Origin: Octopus bimaculoides
Lineage: Eukaryota
Reading direction: 5' to 3'
DNA: 34,421 nt
Assembly (NCBI RefSeq): GCF_001194135.2
Contig: NC_068981.1
Span: forward strand, 72,246,827-72,281,247
The notes beneath the pieces were generated by a model. The model did no database searches and was not told where the DNA came from. It saw only the letters and a program-made list of their open reading frames with translations. Shown piece after piece: positions 34,136-34,421 of the stretch. Position 1 is the first letter of the stretch. Each line of letters begins with the position of its first letter. Made by a program: the position numbers and the translations under genes.

Positions 34136-34421
34136 TCTTTTAAACAAAGTAAATAATTTTTTTAAAATTACTTTTTTCTTTTCTAAACAACGTAGATAGG
34201 TAGAAGGAATAAAAATAACACACTATCTGTTTTTGTTAACTTCATACATTTTTTTTCTTTTAATTAAATTTTGTGAACAAAATAATTTTTATTTTCTAAA
34301 CAACGTAAATAAATTTTAAAAAAGGTGCACATTGGGATTAGACACTGAGGGAAACTTGATATGCTAGAAATAACAGCTAAACGCAAAAAGAAAAAAAAAT
34401 TGTAACCTTTACCTTTCTGAA

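Noticed and set aside
1-34421. CRISPR arrays or prokaryotic defence and operon systems
   Set aside because: No regularly spaced repeat-spacer array or gene-dense coding. All dispersed repeats are SINE or LINE derived in a eukaryotic context.

Overview
AT-rich eukaryotic genomic DNA packed with microsatellites, with three N-gaps (10391-10730, 18872-19460, 26844-27141). The SINE families and simple-repeat density suggest a coleoid cephalopod such as Octopus; this is an inference from recall, not a search result. I recognise no intact host gene. Almost all ORFs in the supplied track are microsatellite or gap read-through, or the wrong frame of decayed transposons. The window is a layered transposon graveyard: (i) three tRNA-derived SINE families with about 16 copies or fragments, including one young pair of about 390 bp, one copy with a perfect 10-bp TSD; (ii) an RTE-like LINE lacking its RT domain; (iii) the 3' part of a Gypsy/Ty3 element (decayed integrase, PPT, 298-bp LTR); (iv) a Penelope-like fragment; (v) several R4/Dong-like RLE-type LINE fragments, one family ending in a (CATA)n tail; (vi) CR1/L2-group remnants; (vii) an 873-bp internally deleted mariner with TIRs and TA duplications. 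Weak candidates for host function are a possible spliced exon pair at 20.2-21.0 kb and a CpG-rich promoter-like patch near 34.0-34.1 kb. There is no CRISPR array, rRNA or true tRNA. I found no convincing new multi-gene system. The most interesting leads concern retroelement-microsatellite relationships.
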